A stretch of 64,000 bases of DNA from a bacterium (GTDB lineage: Bacteria > UBA10199 > 2-02-FULL-44-16 > JAAZCA01): contig CAXXGI010000003.1 in NCBI GenBank assembly GCA_963674695.2, forward strand, positions 224,001 through 288,000, given 5' to 3'. The number at the start of each line of letters is the position of its first letter. Within the stretch, counting starts at the first letter, position 1. Below, piece after piece: positions 51,433-60,290 of this stretch. Position numbers and translations under genes: made by a program. Below the pieces are notes generated by a model. That model did no database searches, was not told the DNA's origin, and was given only the letters and a program-made list of their open reading frames with translations.

Positions 51433-52107
51433 TCACGGCGTATCCGGTTGAGGTGTTTTCGTGAGTGGCAGGACGTTGTCCCGATCAGCGTGATCTTCCC
51501 CCACGACCGTGAAGAGCGGCTCCTCTTTCTGCGCCGCCAGATCCCCCTCATAGCAGGCACGGCAACGCGCCTCGTATTTCTCGGTGGCGCCCAGGGCCAC
51601 GCGGGTTGTCTCCGGCGAGAGCCGCTGTGACTTGCTGGCCCAGCCGCCGCAGGTCGTGCAGACCGCCTTGAGCTTGAGGATCGACTCGGCCAGCGCCAGC
51701 AGCTGCGGCATCGGGCCGAAGGGTTCGCCGCGATAGTCCTGATCGAGCCCCGCCACGATGACGCGCAGCCCCCGGTTGGCGATCTTTTCGCAGACCTGTA
51801 CGATCGCGTCGTCGAAGAACTGCGCCTCGTCGATGCCGACCACGCGGGTCGAGTCGTCCATCATCTCGAGGATCTGTTCCGCGCGGGTGATCGGCGTGCA
51901 GGTGAACTTCTGGTCGTTGTGTGAGACGATGTGGCGCTGGGCATAGCGCGTGTCGACGGCGGGCTTGAAGATCTCGACGCGCTGGCGGGCGATGCGCGCC
52001 AGGCGCAGACGCCGGATGAGTTCCTCGGTCTTGCCCGAAAACATCGGTCCGCAGACGACCTCGATCCAACCGGTGGGCTTGCCGTGATGGCCGTGATGAA
52101 CATGCAT
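51433..52107 (-). CDS. tdk: thymidine kinase
   Basis: GPMFSGKTEE, IDEAQF, AGLDQDY, C..C...YEARCRAC. Confidence 0.95.
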   Translation of the reverse strand: MHVHHGHHGKPTGWIEVVCGPMFSGKTEELIRRLRLARIARQRVEIFKPAVDTRYAQRHIVSHNDQKFTCTPITRAEQILEMMDDSTRVVGIDEAQFFDDAIVQVCEKIANRGLRVIVAGLDQDYRGEPFGPMPQLLALAESILKLKAVCTTCGGWASKSQRLSPETTRVALGATEKYEARCRACYEGDLAAQKEEPLFTVVGEDHADRDNVLPLTKTPQPDTP

Positions 52108-52155
52108 GGCGTCATTCCCCCTCGAAGCAGTTGCCGCCCGTTGCATCACGAATGC

Positions 52156-52580
52156 TCCCGAAAATCAATTCCTCTTGTCATCCCCGCATGGTGTCAGCGG
52201 GCCTACGCCGCGCCGAAGCGGCTCCGGCCGCGCAGGCGGCTGTGCCCGCCGGTTTTGTGGCGGGGGATCCAGCCTTGGCAGTGTCATCCCCGCTTGCCCA
52301 CCCGCCTGTCATCCCCGAGGGGGTCATCGGCCTGCCCGCCGATGCTTGGTGGCGGGGGATCCAGCCTCACTTGCTGTTATCCCCTGGTTTTGTCATCCCC
52401 GTGAAAACGGGGATCTCGCTTTACCGAAATGCGGCAGATTGCTGACAAAGTCTTCTCGTGCTGTCATTCTTGTCAAACTAAAGATTGTCATTCCCGCGCA
52501 GGCGGGAATCTCGCTTTTAACGGCACACCGAGATCCCCGCTTTCGCGAGGATGACAAGGCATGGGTTTGTCATCAATCTC
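52156..52580. repeat. REP cluster plus TIR-bounded element (52435-52580)
   Basis: Multiple TGTCATCCCCG..GCGGGGATC units; CAGATTGCTGACAAA ... TTTGTCATCAATCTC ends, similar to 60952-61122. Confidence 0.75.
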
Positions 52581-52619
52581 GGCTGTTTTCATTTGTGAAC
52601 GGTTTTTTACTCTCCAGAG

Positions 52620-52647
52620 CAACCTTGCACCCCTCCGGTGCCGATAA
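52620..52647 (+). promoter_or_regulatory. sigma28-like promoter
   Basis: CAACCTT-N13-GCCGATAA, 25 nt before the ATG at 52673. Confidence 0.5.
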
Positions 52648-52672
52648 GAAAGGCGGGGGCAAGGAGTCTTTC

Positions 52673-54229
52673 ATGAATCGAATCCCTCTCATTCTCATGT
52701 TGTTCGTCACGATTGCCATCGGCGTTGCTCTGGTCGGGTGCAGCGGAACCGGTGTTCCCGCAGAGAACCCGTTTGTGGCTGCGCCCGACCTGCCGGACGC
52801 AGATGTGCCGAAGCCTGATATCCCTCAAGCCGAAGATGGAGACGAGCAGCCAATGTGTGCCGAGGGAGAGCTCTTCCATCTCGGTGCATGTGTGGATGGA
52901 AATACGGTCATCTCCGTTCCGGATCCGGGCCTGCGTGCGTGCATGCACGTCGCCCTCGGAACCTCCGAAGAGGTCCCCATCACGATTGCAGAGGCCAGGA
53001 GCGTAACAGCGATTTCCACGAGTAGCTATTATAAACCCAGTAACGATTCTGAAGAGATTGCGGATCTCACCGGCATCGAGCACTTCACGAACCTCACGCA
53101 GCTTTGGATCAAGGACGGAACGATTGACGATATCAGTGCCCTCAGGGGGTTGGTGCATCTGGATGCGCTTGTTCTTTATCGCAACCAGATCACCGACATC
53201 AGCCCCCTCGAAAACCTGAGGGAGCTGCGGTTTCTTATTCTCAGTGAGAACCAGATCTCCGATATTCGCCCCCTCACAAATTTGAGCAATCTTGAGGCCC
53301 TTTCGCTCTCTTCAAATATGATCAGCGATGTCGGGGCGCTCTCGTCGATGACGAATCTATGCATACTCGATCTATCGGAGAACAGCTCTGATTTTGAATT
53401 GGAAACGCTTCAGACGCTCAGGGTGCTCTCTGATGCCGGCGCCTTTCGGCGGTCAGCTTTTCTTGATGGAGGATACATTGGGTACGGGATAGATCTCAGC
53501 GGTTCTGTGGATCTGGATGATCCGGATGTCATCGCCTTCGTCGAAGAACTGCGGAGCCAGGGTGTCGATGTGAAGATTGATGAGAGGCCTCAACCCTCCG
53601 ATGGTACTGTCAATAAATATAAGGAGACAGTTGTGAACATCCCCGATCCCGTCTTAAGAATGCGAATCAAGGAGGCCCTCAGCATCAATCCCGACGATTC
53701 TATCCTATCGACACACGCAAAAACACTGACCAGCCTTGACGCCCGAGGTTGCGGGAGTGATGTGAGGTGCGACACCGATGATGATGAAGAGAAGATCCAG
53801 AGTATTGCAGGCCTGGCCTCCTTCACCAACCTCGAATCGCTCAATCTCGGATGCAACCAGATCAGTGATATCAGCGATCTCGAGGGGATGGAGAATCTGA
53901 CGTGGATCAGCCTCTCTTACAACCAGATCAGCGATATCAGCGCACTCGAGGGAATGGGGGATCTGGAGGCTCTTTATCTTTCCGGTAATCAAATCCGCAA
54001 CATATCGCCGTTGAAGCGGATGGGTCATGTCAACTACCTTACGTTGGTTTCAAATCCGCTGGGGGATATCATGGCGTTGCGTCGGATGTACGAGGCGGGG
54101 TCGTTTGCCGAGGATTCGCGTGTGAGCGATTATAATATCCAGATCTCGGTGTCGGACTTATGGCCTCGACAAAATTTCATCACTCTGAACTATCTGGAAT
54201 CTAGGGATGTCGAGATTGAGAGATATTGA
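52673..54229 (+). CDS. internalin-like leucine-rich-repeat lipoprotein with two LRR blocks
   Basis: AAGGAG RBS, lipobox LVGC, two V.(I/V)PDP.LR caps each followed by 22-aa LxxLxLxxNQIxDISxL repeats. Confidence 0.88.
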   Translation: MNRIPLILMLFVTIAIGVALVGCSGTGVPAENPFVAAPDLPDADVPKPDIPQAEDGDEQPMCAEGELFHLGACVDGNTVISVPDPGLRACMHVALGTSEEVPITIAEARSVTAISTSSYYKPSNDSEEIADLTGIEHFTNLTQLWIKDGTIDDISALRGLVHLDALVLYRNQITDISPLENLRELRFLILSENQISDIRPLTNLSNLEALSLSSNMISDVGALSSMTNLCILDLSENSSDFELETLQTLRVLSDAGAFRRSAFLDGGYIGYGIDLSGSVDLDDPDVIAFVEELRSQGVDVKIDERPQPSDGTVNKYKETVVNIPDPVLRMRIKEALSINPDDSILSTHAKTLTSLDARGCGSDVRCDTDDDEEKIQSIAGLASFTNLESLNLGCNQISDISDLEGMENLTWISLSYNQISDISALEGMGDLEALYLSGNQIRNISPLKRMGHVNYLTLVSNPLGDIMALRRMYEAGSFAEDSRVSDYNIQISVSDLWPRQNFITLNYLESRDVEIERY

Positions 54230-54440
54230 GAGAAGACGCTGACACATCATCCATCCCTCCCCATCCCCCCGCACACCCCGCCCGTCATCCCCGAGGGGGT
54301 AATCGGGCTTGCTGTCATCCCCCGGTTTTGTCATTCCCGCGAAGGCGGGAATCTCGATTTTCCCTGTCATCCCCACATTGACAAGTGAACGCCCCCGACC
54401 GTAGGGTTTGTTCATCAAACCCCTATGAAGGTGCCCCCTC

Positions 54441-55110
54441 ATGAATAACGACAAATCCCGTTTCATGGTCGCATTCGAAGATTTCAAAATCCGTCGCGTT
54501 TATGATGAGCCGTCGGAGACCTGGTTCTTTTCGGTGGTCGACATCATCCAGGCGCTCATTCAACAACCGGACTACCAGGCAGCGCGAAATTACTGGAAAG
54601 TCCTTAAAAATCGACTCAAGACAGAGGGGAGTGAAGTGGTTACACATTGTAACCGGTTGAAAATGTTGGCTCAAGACGGCAAGTTACGCCAGACCGACGC
54701 CGCTGATCCTGAAACCCTCCTCCGGCTCATCCAATCCGTCCCCAGTCCCAAGGCTGAACCCATCAAGCTCTGGCTTGCCAAGGTGGGGTATGAACGCATG
54801 CAGGAGATGGCCGATCCCTCTCGTTCTCTCGATCGTGCTCGCGAGACCTGGAAGAAGTATGGTCGCAGTACAAAATGGATTCAGCAGCGCATGATGGGTC
54901 AGGAGACCCGCAATAAATTGACCGATTACTGGAGCGTGCACGACATCAAAGAGGGGGAGGAGTATGCCATTCTCACCAACATCATCCACCAGGAATGGGC
55001 CGGCGTTTCGGTGAAAGAGCAACAAAAGTGTAAAGGGCCTCAAGACGCAAAATCTTCGTGACCACATGTCTGCAAAAAAAGCGTCAGACGAAGCAGAATT
55101 GGAAGTGCGA
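54441..55110 (+). pseudogene. Bro-N domain protein, frameshifted and truncated
   Basis: WFFSVVDII, NYWKVLKNRL, IQSVPSPKAEP.K.WLA; the conserved KGLK..NLRDHM continues in another frame after ~55030. Confidence 0.7.
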
Positions 55111-55296
55111 GGGGGCGAGGGGCTCAATGTGTCTCATAATAAGCTCGGTGCGGAGATGGGGTGTTTGTTCTGCTCGATTGTGACTCGATTTGAGGCACGA
55201 ATGCGCTGGTCGTTTGCGTGATATCGAAACGGGGGTGTGCTCCACGCACACCCCTGCCTTGGTTTGAAACAACTATGATGAGAAATGCGATTTTGT

Positions 55297-56022
55297 TTAT
55301 TCTGAGGTGACAGCGAGCGGAGTGTCAGGCGGCGGTCCCGTGATGCGCGAGGCCATATGGTTGGTTACCCTGCGTCCCATACGCTGACAGAGCTCTCGAT
55401 ACTGGGCCAATACCCAATCCGGATCGCCGATGAAGGGCGTGTTCGAGATGTTCATCCGTTTGCGCTGAAACATCATCGCCTCGACGATGCCCCGATATTC
55501 GCATTGTCGTTCAATCGGTGTCCGGCCCAAGGCGAGATACGATGGTGACGGTGTGAGCAGCCGATCGGGCCTGCCGTATGCATAATACTGATATGATGAC
55601 CACTCGTTCTTCTTTGGATGCGGGACTTTTCCCGCCCGATGGGGGTTGAGATCGACATAGGCCATGGCCTTGAGCATGTGCTCGTCTGACTCGATGCGAG
55701 GGGATTTGAAGCGATCCATGACCACCTGTCCGCGCCGACCCAGGCGCTTGTTGACCTTTCGGGCAAACTGGCTGTGGACGGTCTGAAAGAGGCGGGAGAA
55801 CTGCTCTCGATCGCTCAGCGTTCCGATCAGATGCGGATGGTTGTCCATGAAGCTGTAGGCGTGGAAGATGACGCCATACTTGTCCTTATACTTCACCAAG
55901 AGGTCATAGTAGATCCGCTTGGCCCAATCCCACTTCAGGAGCCAGTCCTTGTTGTGACACTGCCACGTCACGTGGAAGGAAACACCGTCATACACGATTT
56001 CGCGTCGGGGGAGGTAGGCCAT
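55297..56022 (-). mobile_element. REP-associated tyrosine transposase (RAYT, Y1 HUH family)
   Basis: FHVT..C, YSFMDNHPHL (HUH), DRFKS, YVDLNPHRAG (catalytic Y plus NP..AG), WSSY. Confidence 0.88.
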
Positions 56023-56035
56023 GCCCCTTCCCAAA

Positions 56036-56050
56036 GCAAGCGGCGTGCCA
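56036..56050 (-). promoter_or_regulatory. sigma54 promoter of RAYT
   Basis: TGGCAC-GCCGC-TTGC, 13 nt to the ATG. Confidence 0.75.
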
Positions 56051-56092
56051 GGAACGGACCACGGAAAAACAGATACTTAGGTGAGGACTGCC

Positions 56093-56126
56093 GCCGCCAT
56101 TTGCAGCAGCTGCAGCAAATGGCGGC
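56093..56126. promoter_or_regulatory. 34-bp palindrome, copy 2
   Basis: GCCGCCATTTGCAGCAGCTGCAGCAAATGGCGGC. Confidence 0.75.
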
Positions 56127-56232
56127 ACTGCTTCGTCTGACGTGTCCCAACTGATATTTCAAAAAAGCGGCCGGATATCGGTTTGATATTACAGGCCAAT
56201 TTCTAAATGGCGAACTTGGGCACCGTGTTGCG

Positions 56233-56259
56233 CAACATGAAACTGTCACCTGCCGATAA
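56233..56259 (+). promoter_or_regulatory. sigma28-like promoter
   Basis: CAACAT-N13-GCCGATAA upstream of the lipoprotein at 56297. Confidence 0.55.
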
Positions 56260-56296
56260 CAACAGAGAGAACACAGGACATCTCCGGAGGTTGGAT

Positions 56297-57298
56297 ATGA
56301 AGACAACGCGCACGAAGATAACGATTCTGGCAACGATTCTGCTGCTCGCTCTCACCGCCTGTTCCGGCATGGCCGGGAGTGGTGGCAACGATCCCGAGAA
56401 CTGTGTGGGCGATGCGTGCGACATCAATCTGAATGAGGGTTGCACAATCGGTGAGATCGATCCGGACGACCCGCTCTGTTTCTGCCTCGAAGGGCGCGAT
56501 GGCAACGGCGCCTGGGATTGTACCGATCCCGAATCCGTCGACGTTGACGGCGACGCCGACGGCGATGGAGTCGCCGACGATGAGGATAACTGTCTCGCTT
56601 TTGCCAACCCGGATCAGAAGGATATCGATTTAGACGGCGTGGGTGACCTCTGTGATGTCTGCCCCGCGGGCAGGTACGACAACGACGACTTTGAACCGAT
56701 CATGAACGAAAGCGGATATCCGAACGTGAGTGCGGTTCAAGGCAGGTTCGCTGATGATGGATCGTTCACGACCAACCTGGCAGCTTATGTGAGCCCCAAC
56801 GCCGTTGACTCCTCGATGGAGACCTCTATTGAACTGACACCGGTTTTAAGACGCGTCGATGGCCGTTTCACCCCCGTTGGAAATGATGTGAAATTATACT
56901 TCTCTGCACCGATCGGCCATACATTCCGCGACCGGTTGCGCGAAGTATTCGCCGCACAAGCTCTTTCAGTCGGCACAAACAAATCAACACCGGTCGAACC
57001 GAACGCACCCACAATGGCAACGCCGGTTCTCCTTCTCGTCGAAGATGTCTATGTCTATGCGAAGCGAAGCTCTGTTGATGGGCATTACACGTATAGTCTC
57101 CACATGACCGCCCCCAGCACCGACTCCGTCACCATCATCACCGACGGCTGTGCGGAACTCAAAAACCGCTGTGTCCCTGGTGCGCGGTTTTCGCTGAGTG
57201 ATTCCAACAACTACGGCTCAGGACTTGCTTGCCACTGTGAGGCCGATGGAACGGGCGACGGTCAATGGGAGTGTAGCATGGCAATCCCTGAGTTCTAG
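56297..57298 (+). CDS. Cys-rich lipoprotein with thrombospondin type-3 Ca-binding repeats
   Basis: GGAGG RBS, lipobox LTAC, DADGDGVADDEDNC...NPDQKDIDLDGVGDLCD; repeated CxC..G.G.W.C module at both ends. Confidence 0.82.
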   Translation: MKTTRTKITILATILLLALTACSGMAGSGGNDPENCVGDACDINLNEGCTIGEIDPDDPLCFCLEGRDGNGAWDCTDPESVDVDGDADGDGVADDEDNCLAFANPDQKDIDLDGVGDLCDVCPAGRYDNDDFEPIMNESGYPNVSAVQGRFADDGSFTTNLAAYVSPNAVDSSMETSIELTPVLRRVDGRFTPVGNDVKLYFSAPIGHTFRDRLREVFAAQALSVGTNKSTPVEPNAPTMATPVLLLVEDVYVYAKRSSVDGHYTYSLHMTAPSTDSVTIITDGCAELKNRCVPGARFSLSDSNNYGSGLACHCEADGTGDGQWECSMAIPEF

Positions 57299-57365
57299 TG
57301 CCCCGAAAGATACCCTCCCGGACGAGGGCTCACGATCACGCGACGAGTTCGACTCGTGGTGCATG

Positions 57366-58340
57366 TCATGATCCGACATCGACCCGATACCGTCCGTCCG
57401 GTTCCACCTCGATGATGATGTCTCCGTTGGCGATGATCGGTTCCTCGCGCGCCGTGAACCCGGCCTCGGTCTGATAGACCACGATCCCCGCCTCGACGAG
57501 TCGATCGACGACGTCCTCGTGCGGATGATTGAAGTCGTTGTCGTCGCCCACGGAGATGATGGCGACCTCCGGGGTGGTGGCATCGAGAAAGGCCGCGTTC
57601 GTGCTCGTGCGGCTGCCGTGATGGGCGACGCGCAGGATGTCGATGTCTCCGACAAGATTGCCGAGCGGTGTCTCGACATCCGGCGTTTCATGCGGCGGGT
57701 TCCCGCCGCCGCCGGTGATGTCGCCGCCGAGGAACATGCGGAAGGCGCCGTATTCGATTACGAGCGCGATGCTCGCGGCGTTCTCATCGATGGGATCGCC
57801 GAGGTCGATGACTTCTCCATCGCTGAGGATGCCACTCGATGCCACCACCGATAGGTGAGCACCCCCAAGACGCAGCTCGTCGCCGGCAGCAAGGGTTCGT
57901 CGCAGACCATCTGTTGCAGCTTCGTACGCCGGATAGAGCGCGCCTTCGCTTCCCTCTGGTTCACCTCGATCATAGATCCCTCCAACGGTGATGCGATCGT
58001 CGGCGACGATCTCGATGAGGCCGCCGATGTGGTCGCTGTGGTAGTGCGTGGCGATGATGCCGGTGAGCTGGGTGATGCCCTGTGTGGCGAGATACGGGGC
58101 GATGACGCCTGCGCCCATGCCCGGATCCCCGCCATCGATGAGGAGCACCTCGCCCGTCGGTGCGACGACGAGCGTGGCGTCCCCCTGACCGACGTCGAGG
58201 CAGGCGATGCGAAGAGGGCCTTCGTTGTTTGCGGTCTCATCGGCGACGGGCGTGCGGGAGGAAGCGAAGCGATCGAGTCCGGGGGGACTCCCGCAGCCGC
58301 AGAGCGCGCAACAGATGATGATAATGCCGAGGCGTCTCAT
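57366..58340 (-). CDS. ComEC/Rec2-type MBL nuclease domain as a stand-alone lipoprotein
   Basis: Lipobox LCGC; LDVGQGDA, LIDGG, THYHSDHIGG, ENAAS, AHHGSRTS, ISVG..N.FNHP. Confidence 0.88.
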   Translation of the reverse strand: MRRLGIIIICCALCGCGSPPGLDRFASSRTPVADETANNEGPLRIACLDVGQGDATLVVAPTGEVLLIDGGDPGMGAGVIAPYLATQGITQLTGIIATHYHSDHIGGLIEIVADDRITVGGIYDRGEPEGSEGALYPAYEAATDGLRRTLAAGDELRLGGAHLSVVASSGILSDGEVIDLGDPIDENAASIALVIEYGAFRMFLGGDITGGGGNPPHETPDVETPLGNLVGDIDILRVAHHGSRTSTNAAFLDATTPEVAIISVGDDNDFNHPHEDVVDRLVEAGIVVYQTEAGFTAREEPIIANGDIIIEVEPDGRYRVDVGS

Positions 58341-58353
58341 GCGGTGAGAGAAA

Positions 58354-58368
58354 GCAATCGACGTGCCA
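58354..58368 (-). promoter_or_regulatory. sigma54 promoter (leftward)
   Basis: TGGCAC-GTCGA-TTGC, 13 nt to the ATG. Confidence 0.75.
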
Positions 58369-58409
58369 GTTTGAGCCCTTCAGGAAACAGGGGGTTAGGC
58401 TATGCAGCT

Positions 58410-58443
58410 GCCGCCATTTGCAGCAGCTGCATCAAATGGCGGC
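58410..58443. promoter_or_regulatory. 34-bp palindrome, copy 3 (shared by divergent promoters)
   Basis: Identical to copy 1; centred between two sigma54 promoters. Confidence 0.8.
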
Positions 58444-58485
58444 AGTGCGGTTTGCGTAAGTGCTTGAATTGCAGGGGGCGCCTTT

Positions 58486-58500
58486 TGGCACGCGGCTTGC
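58486..58500 (+). promoter_or_regulatory. sigma54 promoter (rightward)
   Basis: TGGCAC-GCGGC-TTGC, 14 nt to the ATG at 58515. Confidence 0.75.
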
Positions 58501-58514
58501 TCTCTGCAGAGCGC

Positions 58515-59180
58515 ATGTATCCCGGTGCCATCATTCTGCTCATCGCAGCACTCTCCCTCGGAGGCGATGCCGATCTCCGCGACGGGGCGCCTCCGGTCGT
58601 GCTGGTGCAGCAACAGGCCATCGCGCACGCGCGTCTGGAGCCGCAGGAGATCTCCACCTGGCGGAAGCGCGCGCGCATGGCGGCCTATCTGCCCAAACTG
58701 CAGGTCGAGTATCAGCGCCGCGTTCGCGACTTCGTCAACGTCGACGTCAACTCGAACGTCTACGTCGGTTCCAACGGCGTGACGGTCGGTCCCGACGACA
58801 ACGCCTATACCCAGGACTATCACTGCGACAACAACATCGGCGTGAAGGCGATCTGGTCGCTCGGCGATGTGGTCTTCAATCAGAACATGCTGCGCGTCTC
58901 AACGGAGGCGCGGCACCTGGCCCGCCAGCGCCAGTCGCTCTTGGCCGAGGTCAACGAGAACTACTACGGTCGAAAACGGTTGGTCGGCGAGATCGTTCTG
59001 TTGCGAGAAGAGCTGCAGCGCGCGCCGCGATCGAATGCGGTGCGCCGCGAGCTCTTCCTCAAACAGGTGGCCTGTCGCGAAGCGGGGGCGGCGCTCGATG
59101 CGCTGACCGGCGGGTGGTTCTCCACACAGATGAAGCCGTCCGAACGGGGCGCGTCGGTTGCATCAAACGGATGCGACTAA
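58515..59180 (+). CDS. secreted protein resembling a single TolC/OEP repeat
   Basis: Signal peptide; A..LP.L strand, loop, strand ending W.L, helix V...YY, L.ALTGG. Confidence 0.6.
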   Translation: MYPGAIILLIAALSLGGDADLRDGAPPVVLVQQQAIAHARLEPQEISTWRKRARMAAYLPKLQVEYQRRVRDFVNVDVNSNVYVGSNGVTVGPDDNAYTQDYHCDNNIGVKAIWSLGDVVFNQNMLRVSTEARHLARQRQSLLAEVNENYYGRKRLVGEIVLLREELQRAPRSNAVRRELFLKQVACREAGAALDALTGGWFSTQMKPSERGASVASNGCD

Positions 59181-59192
59181 AAAGGAGGGTGT

Positions 59193-60290
59193 ATGCGGTG
59201 GATGCTTGTGCTGGCCATGCTCATGGTATGTGGCTGCGGCGGTCTGCCGATGCCCGATCCGGGAGCATTTGAACGCGAGCAGCCGCGCGTGCTGACGATT
59301 GCGCCCTCCGATGGCGAGATCGCAGGCGCCGATGCGGCCATCGCCGTGGAGTTCTCTCGCCCGGTCGAACCGACGAGCATCACGACGCACACGCTCGCCG
59401 TCGTTGCGCAGGGGGAGTCGAGTGCGATCGATGAGATCATCGAGGATGTCGTCGACGGCGATGTGGGTGGCATCGCGGGCACCTATATGATCGAGGGCGA
59501 GGGGCAGATCGTTCAGTTTCGATCGGATGCGCCGCTCGTTGCGGGCACGACCTATCTGGTGATCGCCACCTCGGGCATTCTGAGCACGGAGCTGCTTCCA
59601 TTGAGTCAGCGTCCGGACGGCGCGCCCGATCCCTTCGTGAGTGTCTTCACGGTCTCCGCGGTGGCCGGTGTTCCGGGCGGTGGTTCGCCTTCAGAATCGG
59701 ACGGCGGCGGCGGATCGGACGGAGCCAGCGGGGGCGGTTCCGAAGGCGAGGGGTCGGCGCCCGTCGCGCGCAATCGTCCTTCGCAGCTTCTCCTCAACGA
59801 GCTGCTCTACGATGTGCCGGGTTCCGATACCGATGGCGAGGTCTTCGTCGAACTCGTGGGCGAGGCGGGTGGCGATATCACCGGTTTTCAGGTGCTGCTC
59901 ATCAACGGTCCGGACGGCGCCATCAAGGACACGATCACGCTTCCCGACGATGCCATTATCCCGGCCGACGGCATCTATCTGATAGCCGATGCGCGCACGG
60001 GGAGCAAGGGGACGACGAATGTTCCCAACGCCGATTTCGTCGATACCTTCGATCCGCAGAACGGTCCCGACTGCGTGCAGCTGCTCGATCAGAACGGCGC
60101 GCTCCTCGATGCGCTCGGCTACGGCGAGCCGCTCATCGATGCCGCTGAGAACGGCCATCCCTGCCATGAGGGGACGCCCGCGATGAAGGCCGTCTCCGGC
60201 CAAAGCCTCTCGCGCATGGGCGGCACCGACACCGACGACAACTTCCTCGACTTCACCTTCCTGGATATCCCCACTCCGGGAGAGATCTGA
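59193..60290 (+). CDS. lipoprotein with Ig-like (Big_5-type) and lamin-tail domains
   Basis: AGGAGG RBS, lipobox VCGC, P.DG....I.V.FS.PV; Gly/Ser linker; LLNELLYD.PG.D...FVEL, QNGPD.VQL, PTPG. Confidence 0.82.
   Translation: MRWMLVLAMLMVCGCGGLPMPDPGAFEREQPRVLTIAPSDGEIAGADAAIAVEFSRPVEPTSITTHTLAVVAQGESSAIDEIIEDVVDGDVGGIAGTYMIEGEGQIVQFRSDAPLVAGTTYLVIATSGILSTELLPLSQRPDGAPDPFVSVFTVSAVAGVPGGGSPSESDGGGGSDGASGGGSEGEGSAPVARNRPSQLLLNELLYDVPGSDTDGEVFVELVGEAGGDITGFQVLLINGPDGAIKDTITLPDDAIIPADGIYLIADARTGSKGTTNVPNADFVDTFDPQNGPDCVQLLDQNGALLDALGYGEPLIDAAENGHPCHEGTPAMKAVSGQSLSRMGGTDTDDNFLDFTFLDIPTPGEI

Noticed and set aside
52106-52672. N-terminal 189 aa of the 707-aa ORF
   Set aside because: Translated REP cluster; the real start is ATG 52673 with RBS and lipoprotein signal.
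33070-55061. Prophage suggested by ORF6N and Bro-N genes
   Set aside because: The genes are isolated and 21 kb apart among housekeeping genes; no structural or integrase genes.
56217-56231. Fifth sigma54 promoter (TGGGCA-CCGTG-TTGC)
   Set aside because: Poor -24 match and wrong distance from the palindrome; the sigma28-like motif explains this gene better.
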